A DNA stretch of 64,000 bases, taken from Parcubacteria group bacterium (lineage in GTDB: Bacteria > Patescibacteriota > Patescibacteriia > Buchananbacterales > UBA6539). Position 1 is the first letter of the stretch. Every line of letters begins with the position of its first letter. This document shows positions 30,064 to 38,773 of this stretch, piece by piece. A model generated the notes under the pieces. That model was not told the origin of the DNA. It did no database searches and was given only the letters and a program-made list of their open reading frames with translations. The position numbers and the translations under genes are program-made. The stretch spans positions 227 to 64,226 of the forward strand of contig NYZP01000030.1 of the NCBI GenBank assembly GCA_002687175.1. Reading direction: 5' to 3'.

Positions 30064-31236
30064 ATGTCAAAACTAAAAAAGTACATTTTAGTTGTAAACT
30101 CAGGTTCGGCTACTCTTAAGTTTAAAATATTTAATCAAGAAAATTTTGAAGTAGCAGTCACCGGTATAGTAGAAAAAATTGGTTTACCAGGTTCTTTTAT
30201 AGCCATTGAAGAAAAATCATCTAAAAGAATGATGATGAAAAATTATCCTGGTGGTATCGATAGTCATCAGCAAGCTTTGGAAGTTATTTTTTCATTTTTA
30301 AAACACTGGAAAAGAAAAATTAAAGTTATTGGACATCGTATTGTTCACGGTGGTCAAAATTATACCAAGCCAACCATTTTAACTAAATCAGTATTAGCAA
30401 AACTTAAAGAATATAATCAACTCGCTCCGTTGCATAATCCGATTAATTTAAGCTGCGTTAATATTTGTTTGAAAGATTTACCGAGTATAAAAAACGTTGC
30501 CGTATTTGATACAGCTTTTTATAAAACAGTTCCCGAGCATGCATTTCTTTATGCAATTCCTTATAAGTACTACAAAGAATTAGGCATCAGAAGATATGGC
30601 TTTCACGGTATTTCTCATCAATATGTGGCTAATAAAACAGCGGAAAAACTTAACAAACCATTAAAAAAGTTGAGGCTTATAACTTGTCATCTTGGTTCAG
30701 GGTCGTCAGTTACTGCTATAAAATTTGGTAAACCAATAGATACCTCGATGGGTTTTACTCCCTTAGAGGGTGTTACTATGGGAACCAGGAGCGGTGATAT
30801 AGATCCCTCGGTTGCTTTTTATTTAATGGATAAGCTGGATCTTGACGTACGAGAAGTAGAAAAAATACTAAATCAAAAGTCAGGTTTAAAAGGAATCTTT
30901 GGCTACAGTAATGACATGCGTGACATTATGATTGCTGCTGGCTATAAAATCAAAGACTACAAAGCTACCAAAAAATTTAATCTTCAAGAACAGAAACAAG
31001 GAAAATTAGCATTGGCTATGTATATTTATGATATAGTTCGTTATATTGGTGGTTATACCACGGTTATGGGCGGCATTGATTACATTATTTTTACTGGTGG
31101 AATTGGCGAAAGAAATCAAACTGTCAGAAATCTAATTACCAAACAAGTAAGAAAAGCCTGGCCTAAAGTAAAGTCTTTAGCCATACCAACTAACGAAGAA
31201 TTAATGATTGCCCAACAAGTGAATGATTTTAGTTAG
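30064..31236 (+). CDS. ackA: Acetate kinase
   Basis: VNSGSATLKF, GHRIVHGG, APLHNP, RRYGFHGISH, CHLGSGSS, TSMGFTPLEG, PTNEE. Confidence 0.96.
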   Translation: MSKLKKYILVVNSGSATLKFKIFNQENFEVAVTGIVEKIGLPGSFIAIEEKSSKRMMMKNYPGGIDSHQQALEVIFSFLKHWKRKIKVIGHRIVHGGQNYTKPTILTKSVLAKLKEYNQLAPLHNPINLSCVNICLKDLPSIKNVAVFDTAFYKTVPEHAFLYAIPYKYYKELGIRRYGFHGISHQYVANKTAEKLNKPLKKLRLITCHLGSGSSVTAIKFGKPIDTSMGFTPLEGVTMGTRSGDIDPSVAFYLMDKLDLDVREVEKILNQKSGLKGIFGYSNDMRDIMIAAGYKIKDYKATKKFNLQEQKQGKLALAMYIYDIVRYIGGYTTVMGGIDYIIFTGGIGERNQTVRNLITKQVRKAWPKVKSLAIPTNEELMIAQQVNDFS

Positions 31237-31372
31237 AGTATAGATATATGCCCAGTAGTGAAACTTTGATAAGGTCACCAAAAGCAACTTGCTTAGCAAT
31301 AGTAATATTTGTTAAAATAATTAATTAGTTACAACCTATATTTTAAACTAAATCAAAGTTCTACTACTGGGT

Positions 31373-32980
31373 ATGCTAAAAAAAATATTTAATAGTAAGT
31401 CAAAAACTATCACGTCTGCTGCCATCATTTTAGGGGTGGCTTCTTTAGTCTCAAGATTTTTAGGAATTTTAAGAGATCGGATACTGGCCGGAGAATTTGG
31501 TGCTGGATCAGAGCTTGATATGTACTATACGGCTTTTAGATTTCCTGACCTAGTTTTTAACTTATTGGTCTTAGGTGCTTTATCTGCTGGCTTTATTCCA
31601 GTTTTTACGAGCTATATGTCCAACAAAGATAAAGCTTGGGAATTGGTTAATGTTGTTTTGAATGTAATGTTTTTTAGTCTTATATTAATTTCAACTTTAG
31701 CTATTATATTAGCTCCCTGGTTAGTAAAACTTATTGCTCCTGGATTTAATGGCGAGCAATTAGTAACAACGACCGCACTAACTAGAATTATGTTTTTATC
31801 TCCCATTCTTTTGGGAATTTCCGGAGTCTTTGGTAGTGTGTTACAGTCATACAAAAGATTTTTTATATATTCTTTGGCACCAATTTTATATAATCTTGGT
31901 ATTATCGTTGGTGCTTTGTTTTTTACAATTAAATTTGGGATTTTTGGTTTAGCCTGGGGGGTTGTTTTTGGTGCTTTTATGCACATGTTAGTCCAAACTA
32001 TCGCCATAACCTTTTTAGGGTATCATTACAAATGGTCTTTTAGCATAACTCATAAAGGCTTATTGAAAATACTAAAAATGATGGTGCCAAGAACTTTAGG
32101 ATTAATTATTACCCAGATAAATTTTTTAGTAGTAACTATTATTGGTTCAACCTTGGCCGTTGGCAGTATTGCTATTTTTAATCTAGCCAACAATATTCAA
32201 AGTTTTCCGTTGGGACTTTTTGCTATTTCTTTTGCTATTGCCGCTTTTCCAACTTTGTCTGAGTTAGCCAATAAAAAAAAGCAGTTTATTGAGGCAGTGT
32301 CATTAGCCATTAGACAGATTTTATTTTTAATAGTTCCAGCCTCGGTTTTATTGATTATTTTGCGAGCGCAAATTGTTAGAATTGTCCTTGGCAGTGGACG
32401 GTTTGACTGGGAAGATACCATTTTGACTTTAGAAACTTTATCACTATTTGCTTTCAGTTTATTTGCCCAAGGTCTGATATTAATTTTAGCTCGTGCTTTT
32501 TATGCTCAGCATGACAGTAAAACACCTTTTTATACCGGTCTAGTTTCTGCCTTTGCCAACATTATTTTAGCAGTGATGCTAGTAGACCAGTTTGGTGTAA
32601 GTGGCTTGGCCTTAGCATTTTCTTTATCAACAATTCTAAATTTTGTACTATTATCATTAATATTACATTATCGTTTAGGGAGTCTGGATGGTCAAAGAAT
32701 TACTATTTCCACAATAAAGATCACTACTGCTACATTTATGTTAGCCATTGTTGCTCAAGCTGCTAAATACCCCCTAGAACAAATTAGTGGTACCCAAACT
32801 TTTATGGGAGTTACCGCCCAAGCATTAACCGCAATTATTGCTGGGTTAGCAACTTATTTTGTTGTTTGCTATTTTTTAAAGAGCGAAGAGCTTAATATTT
32901 TTATTTCGGCTCTTAAACGTAAAATATCCAGAAGGCCAGTTATTGCCGAGGAGATTGAGGAGACAGAAAAATTAACTTAA
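31373..32980 (+). CDS. murJ: Lipid II flippase MurJ
   Basis: SRFLGILRDRILA..FG, AFRFPD, GALSAGFIPVF, RAFYA..DSKTP; about 14 TMs. Confidence 0.92.
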   Translation: MLKKIFNSKSKTITSAAIILGVASLVSRFLGILRDRILAGEFGAGSELDMYYTAFRFPDLVFNLLVLGALSAGFIPVFTSYMSNKDKAWELVNVVLNVMFFSLILISTLAIILAPWLVKLIAPGFNGEQLVTTTALTRIMFLSPILLGISGVFGSVLQSYKRFFIYSLAPILYNLGIIVGALFFTIKFGIFGLAWGVVFGAFMHMLVQTIAITFLGYHYKWSFSITHKGLLKILKMMVPRTLGLIITQINFLVVTIIGSTLAVGSIAIFNLANNIQSFPLGLFAISFAIAAFPTLSELANKKKQFIEAVSLAIRQILFLIVPASVLLIILRAQIVRIVLGSGRFDWEDTILTLETLSLFAFSLFAQGLILILARAFYAQHDSKTPFYTGLVSAFANIILAVMLVDQFGVSGLALAFSLSTILNFVLLSLILHYRLGSLDGQRITISTIKITTATFMLAIVAQAAKYPLEQISGTQTFMGVTAQALTAIIAGLATYFVVCYFLKSEELNIFISALKRKISRRPVIAEEIEETEKLT

Positions 32981-33046
32981 TATTATATAGTATCAATAAT
33001 TAGTCACCTTGCGGCTTTTATTTTTTTCGTATAAACTACAAGAATT

Positions 33047-34822
33047 ATGAAAAAAATTAAGAACTTTTGTATTATTGCCCATATTGATCACGGAAAGTCA
33101 ACCTTGGCTGATCGCTTTTTGGAATTAACCAATACTATAGAAAAAAGAGACATGAAGGCACAGCTCCTTGATCAAATGGACATTGAACGTGAGCGGGGGA
33201 TTACCATTAAATTACAACCAGTTAGGATGAGTTGGCGTGATTATGAATTTAATTTAATTGACACTCCCGGCCATGTTGATTTTAGCTACGAGGTATCACG
33301 TAGTTTAGCGGCAGTTGAAGGAGCTGTTTTACTTGTTGATGCCACTCAAGGAGTTCAAGCTCAAACAGTTGCTAATTTATATTTAGCTTTAGAACAAGAC
33401 TTAACAATCATACCAGTAATAAATAAAATAGACTTACCAAATGCTCAAGTTAATAAAGTACGCCATGAAATTTGTAAATTAACCGATAGCAACCCTGATG
33501 ATGTTTTATTAATTTCCGCTAAAACAGGTGAAGGAGTGGAGCAAGTTTTACAAGCAGTTGCTGACAGGATAAGTTCACCAAAAGATGATAATGAAAAAAA
33601 TCTAAAGGCTTTAATTTTTGATTCAAACTTTGATGAATATCGAGGTGTTATAGCACAAGTTCGTATTACCCAAGGACAAGTTAAGGCCGGGGATAAAGTA
33701 ACCTTTTTTTCAACACATAAAACCGCCGATGTACTAGAAGTTGGTTTTTTTAACCCTAAGTTTAAAAAAACTGACGTTTTAAGATCCAGTGATATTGGTT
33801 ATATTGTTACCGGGCTAAAAGAAATTGAGCTCTGTCAGGTTGGTGATACTATTGCTCCGGCTGGTATTAATATTGAACCATTGGCCGGCTATAAAGAAGT
33901 TAAGCCAATGGTCTTTGCTGGACTTTTTTGTAAAGAAGGCAATGAATATCCCAAACTTCGTGAAGCTATTGAAAAACTAAAATTAAATGATGCCGCTCTA
34001 ATTTATGAGCCAGAAAACTCTAAAGCTTTGGGGTTTGGTTTTCGTTGTGGTTTTTTAGGGTTATTACATCTTGAAGTAATCCAAGAGAGACTAAGAAGAG
34101 AGTATAATCTAGATTTAGTAGTAACTGTACCAAGCGTTGCCTATAAACTTAAACAAAAAAATGGTAAAGAGTCGGTTGTCCATAGCCCTCAAGAGTTACC
34201 CAGTCCAGAGTCAATTGATTCTGTTGCCGAACCATTGATGAAGGCTGATATTTTTTCGCCCAAAGAATACCTGGGACAAATAATGCAACTTCTAGCCCAA
34301 AAAAGAGGAACCTATCTTGATACCGAGTACCTCGATGAAAATTTGGCAGTTCTTCACTATCATATTCCATTGACTACTCTCTTGGTTGATTTTTATGATA
34401 AATTAAAAAGTGTTTCCTCGGGTTATGCTTCCTTGAGTTATGATTTTTTGGAATACCAGCCAACCCAAGTCATAAAACTTGATATTTTAGTTGCCGAAGA
34501 AAAAGTAGAATCTTTAAGTTCAATTGTTTATAAAGATGAAGCTTATTCAGTTGGCAAAAAAATAGTTAACTCTTTGAAGGAAACATTACCTCGTCAAAAT
34601 TTTGTCATTAAAATACAAGCAGCAGTCGGTGGTAAAATTATAGCTGCTGAACGGTTATCGGCTTTTCGTAAAGATGTTACCGCTAAACTCTATGGCGGAG
34701 ATTATACCAGAAAAAGAAAATTACTGGAGAAGCAAAAAAAAGGTAAGAAAAAAATGATGGCTCAAGGTCAGGGTCGTGTTGACATACCACCAGAAGCATT
34801 TTTAGCGGTTTTAAAAAAATAA
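33047..34822 (+). CDS. lepA: Elongation factor 4
   Basis: NFCIIAHIDHGKSTLADR, GFRCGFLGLLH, RKDVTAKLYGGD..RKRKLLEKQK. Confidence 0.97.
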   Translation: MKKIKNFCIIAHIDHGKSTLADRFLELTNTIEKRDMKAQLLDQMDIERERGITIKLQPVRMSWRDYEFNLIDTPGHVDFSYEVSRSLAAVEGAVLLVDATQGVQAQTVANLYLALEQDLTIIPVINKIDLPNAQVNKVRHEICKLTDSNPDDVLLISAKTGEGVEQVLQAVADRISSPKDDNEKNLKALIFDSNFDEYRGVIAQVRITQGQVKAGDKVTFFSTHKTADVLEVGFFNPKFKKTDVLRSSDIGYIVTGLKEIELCQVGDTIAPAGINIEPLAGYKEVKPMVFAGLFCKEGNEYPKLREAIEKLKLNDAALIYEPENSKALGFGFRCGFLGLLHLEVIQERLRREYNLDLVVTVPSVAYKLKQKNGKESVVHSPQELPSPESIDSVAEPLMKADIFSPKEYLGQIMQLLAQKRGTYLDTEYLDENLAVLHYHIPLTTLLVDFYDKLKSVSSGYASLSYDFLEYQPTQVIKLDILVAEEKVESLSSIVYKDEAYSVGKKIVNSLKETLPRQNFVIKIQAAVGGKIIAAERLSAFRKDVTAKLYGGDYTRKRKLLEKQKKGKKKMMAQGQGRVDIPPEAFLAVLKK

Positions 34823-34859
34823 AAAGCTGACCAATTTTTTGATCAGCATGCCCAGCTTG

Positions 34860-35369
34860 TTAAGCTGGAGAACCTTCTGTTGATAGCCCCTGGCCATTTT
34901 TTTTGCGCAAACGTGCGAATCTTTCGGCCCAATGAGTTAGTCGACTCACTTTGCTTTTTGGTTCAGTTTTAGCTAAAGCTTTTTCGTCTTTCGGGGTAAT
35001 ACGCAATACCTCAATCAAGTAACTCACAAAAGCCTTGGTGACAGCCGCCCTGGACTTGAAATCGTGATATCCCGTTACAAAATTCAAGGAAGCTTCTTTG
35101 AATTCTTGAAAAGCCGCTTCTTGCTCTTGACTCTCTTCTAGAGCTTTGGCTAGAGCAGCATTCTTTTCGGCAACCTCTTTTTCCAACTGCTGGTTGGCGC
35201 TCGCCAGGTCCTGCCTGTATTTTTCTTCAGTTGCTAAAGCTTTTTCAAGCTTCGCTATTTCTTCCCTGGTTTTTTGGTCAGGGCCAAACCAAGTATTAGC
35301 CCAATAGTGAACCTTTTCTCCAAAACTTGACCAAAGTCCGGAGAAGAAAAAACTGATGTTATTCAGCAT
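34860..35369 (-). CDS. Orphan coiled-coil protein
   Basis: SD gaggtg upstream of ATG 35369; amphipathic N-terminus and heptad-rich core. Confidence 0.65.
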   Translation of the reverse strand: MLNNISFFFSGLWSSFGEKVHYWANTWFGPDQKTREEIAKLEKALATEEKYRQDLASANQQLEKEVAEKNAALAKALEESQEQEAAFQEFKEASLNFVTGYHDFKSRAAVTKAFVSYLIEVLRITPKDEKALAKTEPKSKVSRLTHWAERFARLRKKNGQGLSTEGSPA

Positions 35370-35613
35370 AGTTACACCTCTCTGATTTGATGAAATAAAT
35401 TTAGTAAAAACCACCACCACCAACTAAATGGGCACCAGCTGTGAAAAGAACCATGGTTATAGAGATCATTATTGCTACAATGATCCAAATCACCCTGACT
35501 ATTTTTCGTTGTCTTTTAAGGCTCATAGTAAAAAATATTATACCATCATTGAAAAATATAGACAACCAGTGTCTAAAATGTTATACTAATATCCTTTGTT
35601 AAATACAAAAAAT

Positions 35614-37329
35614 ATGGATAAAAAGTGGCACTTAGCCGAAAAGGTTGATAAAGACTTCCTAGAAAAATTTCCGGAAATTAACAATACTGTTTTACAATTA
35701 CTGCACAATAGAGGAATATCCTCGGAAGCAGATATTGATAAATTTTTGAATTCCGATTACCTAACGGATCTTCATGATCCTTTTTTATTTAGAGATGGTA
35801 AAAAAGCGGTTGAACGAATTTTGAAAGCCATAGAGGGTAAAGAAAATATTGTGGTCTATGGAGACTATGACGCCGACGGGGTAACTTCAACAGCAGTCAT
35901 GGTAGAAACTTTGGAGGCCTTAGGTTCTAAAGCAAAAGTTTACATACCTTTTCGTGAGACAGAGGGTTATGGTTTAAATATGGAAGCAGTTAAAGGTTTA
36001 GTAAAAGAAAAGGCGAACCTAGTTATTACTGTTGACTGTGGCATTTCTAATGTCGAGGAAGCAGAATTTTTACAAAAAGAAGGTGTTGATATTATTATTA
36101 CAGACCATCACCAAGAACCAATTGAATTACCAAAAGCTTTTGCTATTTTAAACCCTAATGTCAAAGCTGAGACTTATCCCTTTCGCAGCTTGGCCGGTTG
36201 TGGTGTTGCCTTTAAGCTGTGTCAAGGGCTCATTAAAGAGCATCAAAATTATAAAGTAAAGCAAGTTGATGAAGGCTTTGAAAAATGGTTGCTTGATATA
36301 GTGGCCATTGGCACTATCGCTGATATGCAACCAATACTAAATGAAAATAGAGTACTGGTAAAATATGGCCTAGTAGTTTTACAAAAGACTAAAAGATTAG
36401 GGATTCTAAAATTAATTGAGTTTATGAGTAGCAAGCTAACCTCAATCGATGAAAGAGTCGTTGGTTGGCAAATTACTCCTCGCTTAAACGCTGCTGGTCG
36501 ACTTAATCATGCCAGCGCGGCTTATCAATTATTGATAACCGAAGACGTAGCTGAAGCCGAAAAATTAGCCAATGAGCTTAATGACACCAACAAACAACGG
36601 CAGCAAATAACCGAAAAAATTGGCCTAGAGGTAAATGAGCAAATTGGCGAAGTTAAAGGTCAAAAAATACTAATTGCCGTTGGTGATGGCTGGCCGATTG
36701 GTGTTGTTGGCTTAGCGGCTGGACGATTAAGCAATAAACATCATTTACCCAGCTTAGTTATCAGTCGATATAATGGTGAAATAATTGGTTCAGGGCGCAG
36801 TATTTCGGAATTTAATATTATTAAAGCCCTACAGCAGTGTGATGAGTTACTAACTCGTTATGGTGGACACCCCCAGGCTTGTGGCTTTACTATTAAAGAT
36901 GAGGAATCTTTAATAAAATTTAGAACTAAGCTAGAAGAAATTGCTCTAGCTGAGCTAGGAGATCAAAAATTGGTTCCCACGGTTGATATTGATTCGGAAA
37001 TTAAATTAGAAGAAGTTAACTGGGATTTATTTAAACAACTAGAAAAATTTATGCCTTATGGCCAAGGTAATAATAAGCCAATATTTTTAAGCAAGGATCT
37101 GACGGTTAGTCAATGTCAAACTGTTGGGCCAGAAGGTAAACATTTAAGACTAATAGTTAAACACCAGACTGAAATTATTCGAAAAACTATTGGCTTTGGT
37201 TTTGGGCACCAGTTTGGTGAATTAAAAGAAGGCGACAAAGTTGATATGGTTTTTGAAATTGATATAAATGAATGGAATGGTAATAGGGAATTGCAGTTAA
37301 GAATTATAGACTTGAAGTCAAGTGATTAA
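35614..37329 (+). CDS. recJ: ssDNA-specific exonuclease RecJ
   Basis: YGDYDADG, ITVDCG, TDHH, GTIAD, PRLNAAGRL, GGH motifs. Confidence 0.95.
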   Translation: MDKKWHLAEKVDKDFLEKFPEINNTVLQLLHNRGISSEADIDKFLNSDYLTDLHDPFLFRDGKKAVERILKAIEGKENIVVYGDYDADGVTSTAVMVETLEALGSKAKVYIPFRETEGYGLNMEAVKGLVKEKANLVITVDCGISNVEEAEFLQKEGVDIIITDHHQEPIELPKAFAILNPNVKAETYPFRSLAGCGVAFKLCQGLIKEHQNYKVKQVDEGFEKWLLDIVAIGTIADMQPILNENRVLVKYGLVVLQKTKRLGILKLIEFMSSKLTSIDERVVGWQITPRLNAAGRLNHASAAYQLLITEDVAEAEKLANELNDTNKQRQQITEKIGLEVNEQIGEVKGQKILIAVGDGWPIGVVGLAAGRLSNKHHLPSLVISRYNGEIIGSGRSISEFNIIKALQQCDELLTRYGGHPQACGFTIKDEESLIKFRTKLEEIALAELGDQKLVPTVDIDSEIKLEEVNWDLFKQLEKFMPYGQGNNKPIFLSKDLTVSQCQTVGPEGKHLRLIVKHQTEIIRKTIGFGFGHQFGELKEGDKVDMVFEIDINEWNGNRELQLRIIDLKSSD

Positions 37330-37332
37330 TTT

Positions 37333-37737
37333 ATGATTGGTAAAGTAACAATTCACACCGATGGAGGAGCCAGGGGTAATCCCGGACCAGCTGGGATTGG
37401 TGCAGTTTTAGATTTTGATGGTCAACAAAAAACTTTTAAGGAATATATTGGTGAGACTACCAATAACCAGGCTGAATATAAAGCGGTTATTTTAGGTTTA
37501 GAAAAAGCTAAGGAGCTTGGAGCGGAAGAGGTTGATGTTTTCTTGGACAGTGAATTGGTCCAACAACAGCTAAATCAAAAGTATAAAGTTAAAAATATTG
37601 ATTTACAGCCTTTATTTATTCAGGCTTGGAATTTGGGAATGAATTTTAAAAAAGTAAAGTATATTCATGTTGGCCGAAATGATAATAAACTGGCAGATAA
37701 ATTAGTCAACGAAGCTCTGGACGAAGCTGGTAAATAA
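37333..37737 (+). CDS. rnhA: Ribonuclease HI family protein
   Basis: TDGGARGNPGPAG, TNNQAEY, DSELV, N..ADKLVN. Confidence 0.9.
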   Translation: MIGKVTIHTDGGARGNPGPAGIGAVLDFDGQQKTFKEYIGETTNNQAEYKAVILGLEKAKELGAEEVDVFLDSELVQQQLNQKYKVKNIDLQPLFIQAWNLGMNFKKVKYIHVGRNDNKLADKLVNEALDEAGK

Positions 37738-37888
37738 AAAAACCGCCAGTTGACGAGTTATCAAACTAGAAGCAAAGTCTCTTTCGAGCAAAATGGTTAT
37801 TACACCTATTCTTAGCTTCATGATCGTTCAGTAACTCACTGGCGGACCTAGAGGCTGGTGGGGCTGGTTTGCCCCAGGCATTTGGCAA
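37737..37888 (-). ncRNA. Unassigned structured RNA candidate
   Basis: ttgacg-17-taaaat promoter; nested stems ccgccagt/actggcgg, gagtta/taactc, gaagc/gcttc; ends in U-run. Confidence 0.45.
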
Positions 37889-37893
37889 AAATA

Positions 37894-37922
37894 ATTTTAT
37901 CAAATAAAAAATACCTCGTCAA
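37894..37922 (-). promoter_or_regulatory. Sigma70 promoter overlapping the rnpB terminator
   Basis: ttgacg (37922-37917), 17-nt spacer, taaaat (37899-37894). Confidence 0.6.
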
Positions 37923-37934
37923 GAGGAATTTTTT

Positions 37935-38685
37935 ATTGTCCAAGCAAACTGATAAGCCGAATTTTGTATTCCCTCACTTTTTCTAAAAGTGATGGATGAT
38001 GATCATCTATCTTGACTGTTTGTTGCCAAACAGCTCATGCTGCTTACCAAATTTAGCATTGCACCAGGTAGAGTTTACCACGACATCCTGTCACCAGGAG
38101 CCGAGTTAAGAAGCGTTACGCTGAAGGGATATCCCGTATTCAGCACAGCACACCTTAACACTTTTCACATTTGGCCAGCGCTACGCGCTGAAAATTATAA
38201 GTCCAAAATCACAAATCACAAATAATTTATTTGGAATTTAATGTTTTGAATTTTGAATTTGCAGTGCGCAGCACTGACTTGTATAGTCTCTGTGGAACTG
38301 GTCCTCTTTTACCGTTACCAGCAAAAGGGTGGGCGTTACCCACTACCGCTTTATGGTGTTCGGACTTTCCTCCCCCCACTTTCTAAATTCTATTATTTGT
38401 CTATACTTTTTTGAATACGCTTTTTTAAATGACCATAACTTCCTTTAAACTGTTTTAATGATCTTTCTCTTTTTTGTGCATCCTCTTTAAATTTATAGGC
38501 CTCGTAATAAACTAATTCTAAAGGCCTAAAATTTTTAGTAAATTTTGATTCACCATTTGTATGCTCTTTTACTCTTCGCTGTAAATTATTTGAATATCCA
38601 ATGTATAATTTACCATCTTTGAGTTTTAAAACATACATATAGAACATAGAAAGTGGGGGGCGATCATCTAGCTTACTTAGACAAT
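37935..38685 (-). ncRNA. rnpB: RNase P RNA (bacterial) with an ORF inserted in the P3 loop
   Basis: Minus strand GAGGAAAGUCCG, AGUUCCACAGAGA, GGUAAACUC, AGAUAGAUGAUC, ACAAAAUUCGGCUUAU; 16-bp P1 (auugucuaaguaagcu/aguuugcuuggacaau); P2; P18 with GCAA loop. Confidence 0.95.
38393..38647 (-). CDS. GIY-YIG nuclease (UPF0213/Slx1-like) inside rnpB
   Basis: FYMYVL...LYIGYSNNLQRRVKEH..G..KFT..FRP.ELVYYE...AQKRERSLK. Confidence 0.9.
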   Translation of the reverse strand: MFYMYVLKLKDGKLYIGYSNNLQRRVKEHTNGESKFTKNFRPLELVYYEAYKFKEDAQKRERSLKQFKGSYGHLKKRIQKSIDK

Positions 38686-38689
38686 TGCT

Positions 38690-38718
38690 ATGTTATCATA
38701 AAAATAATACTTTGTCAA
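38690..38718 (-). promoter_or_regulatory. rnpB promoter
   Basis: ttgaca (38718-38713), 17 nt, taacat (38695-38690), immediately upstream of P1. Confidence 0.7.
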
Positions 38719-38773
38719 GAGTTAAGTTGATTTTTAAAGGGTTTTCTGCTACTATAAGGCTAATCAAAACCCT

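Noticed and set aside
38037-38225. 62-aa plus-strand ORF
   Set aside because: Antisense to the RNase P RNA core
38385-38647. Group I/II intron in rnpB
   Set aside because: The insert is 263 nt, of which 255 are ORF; no space or motifs for a ribozyme core
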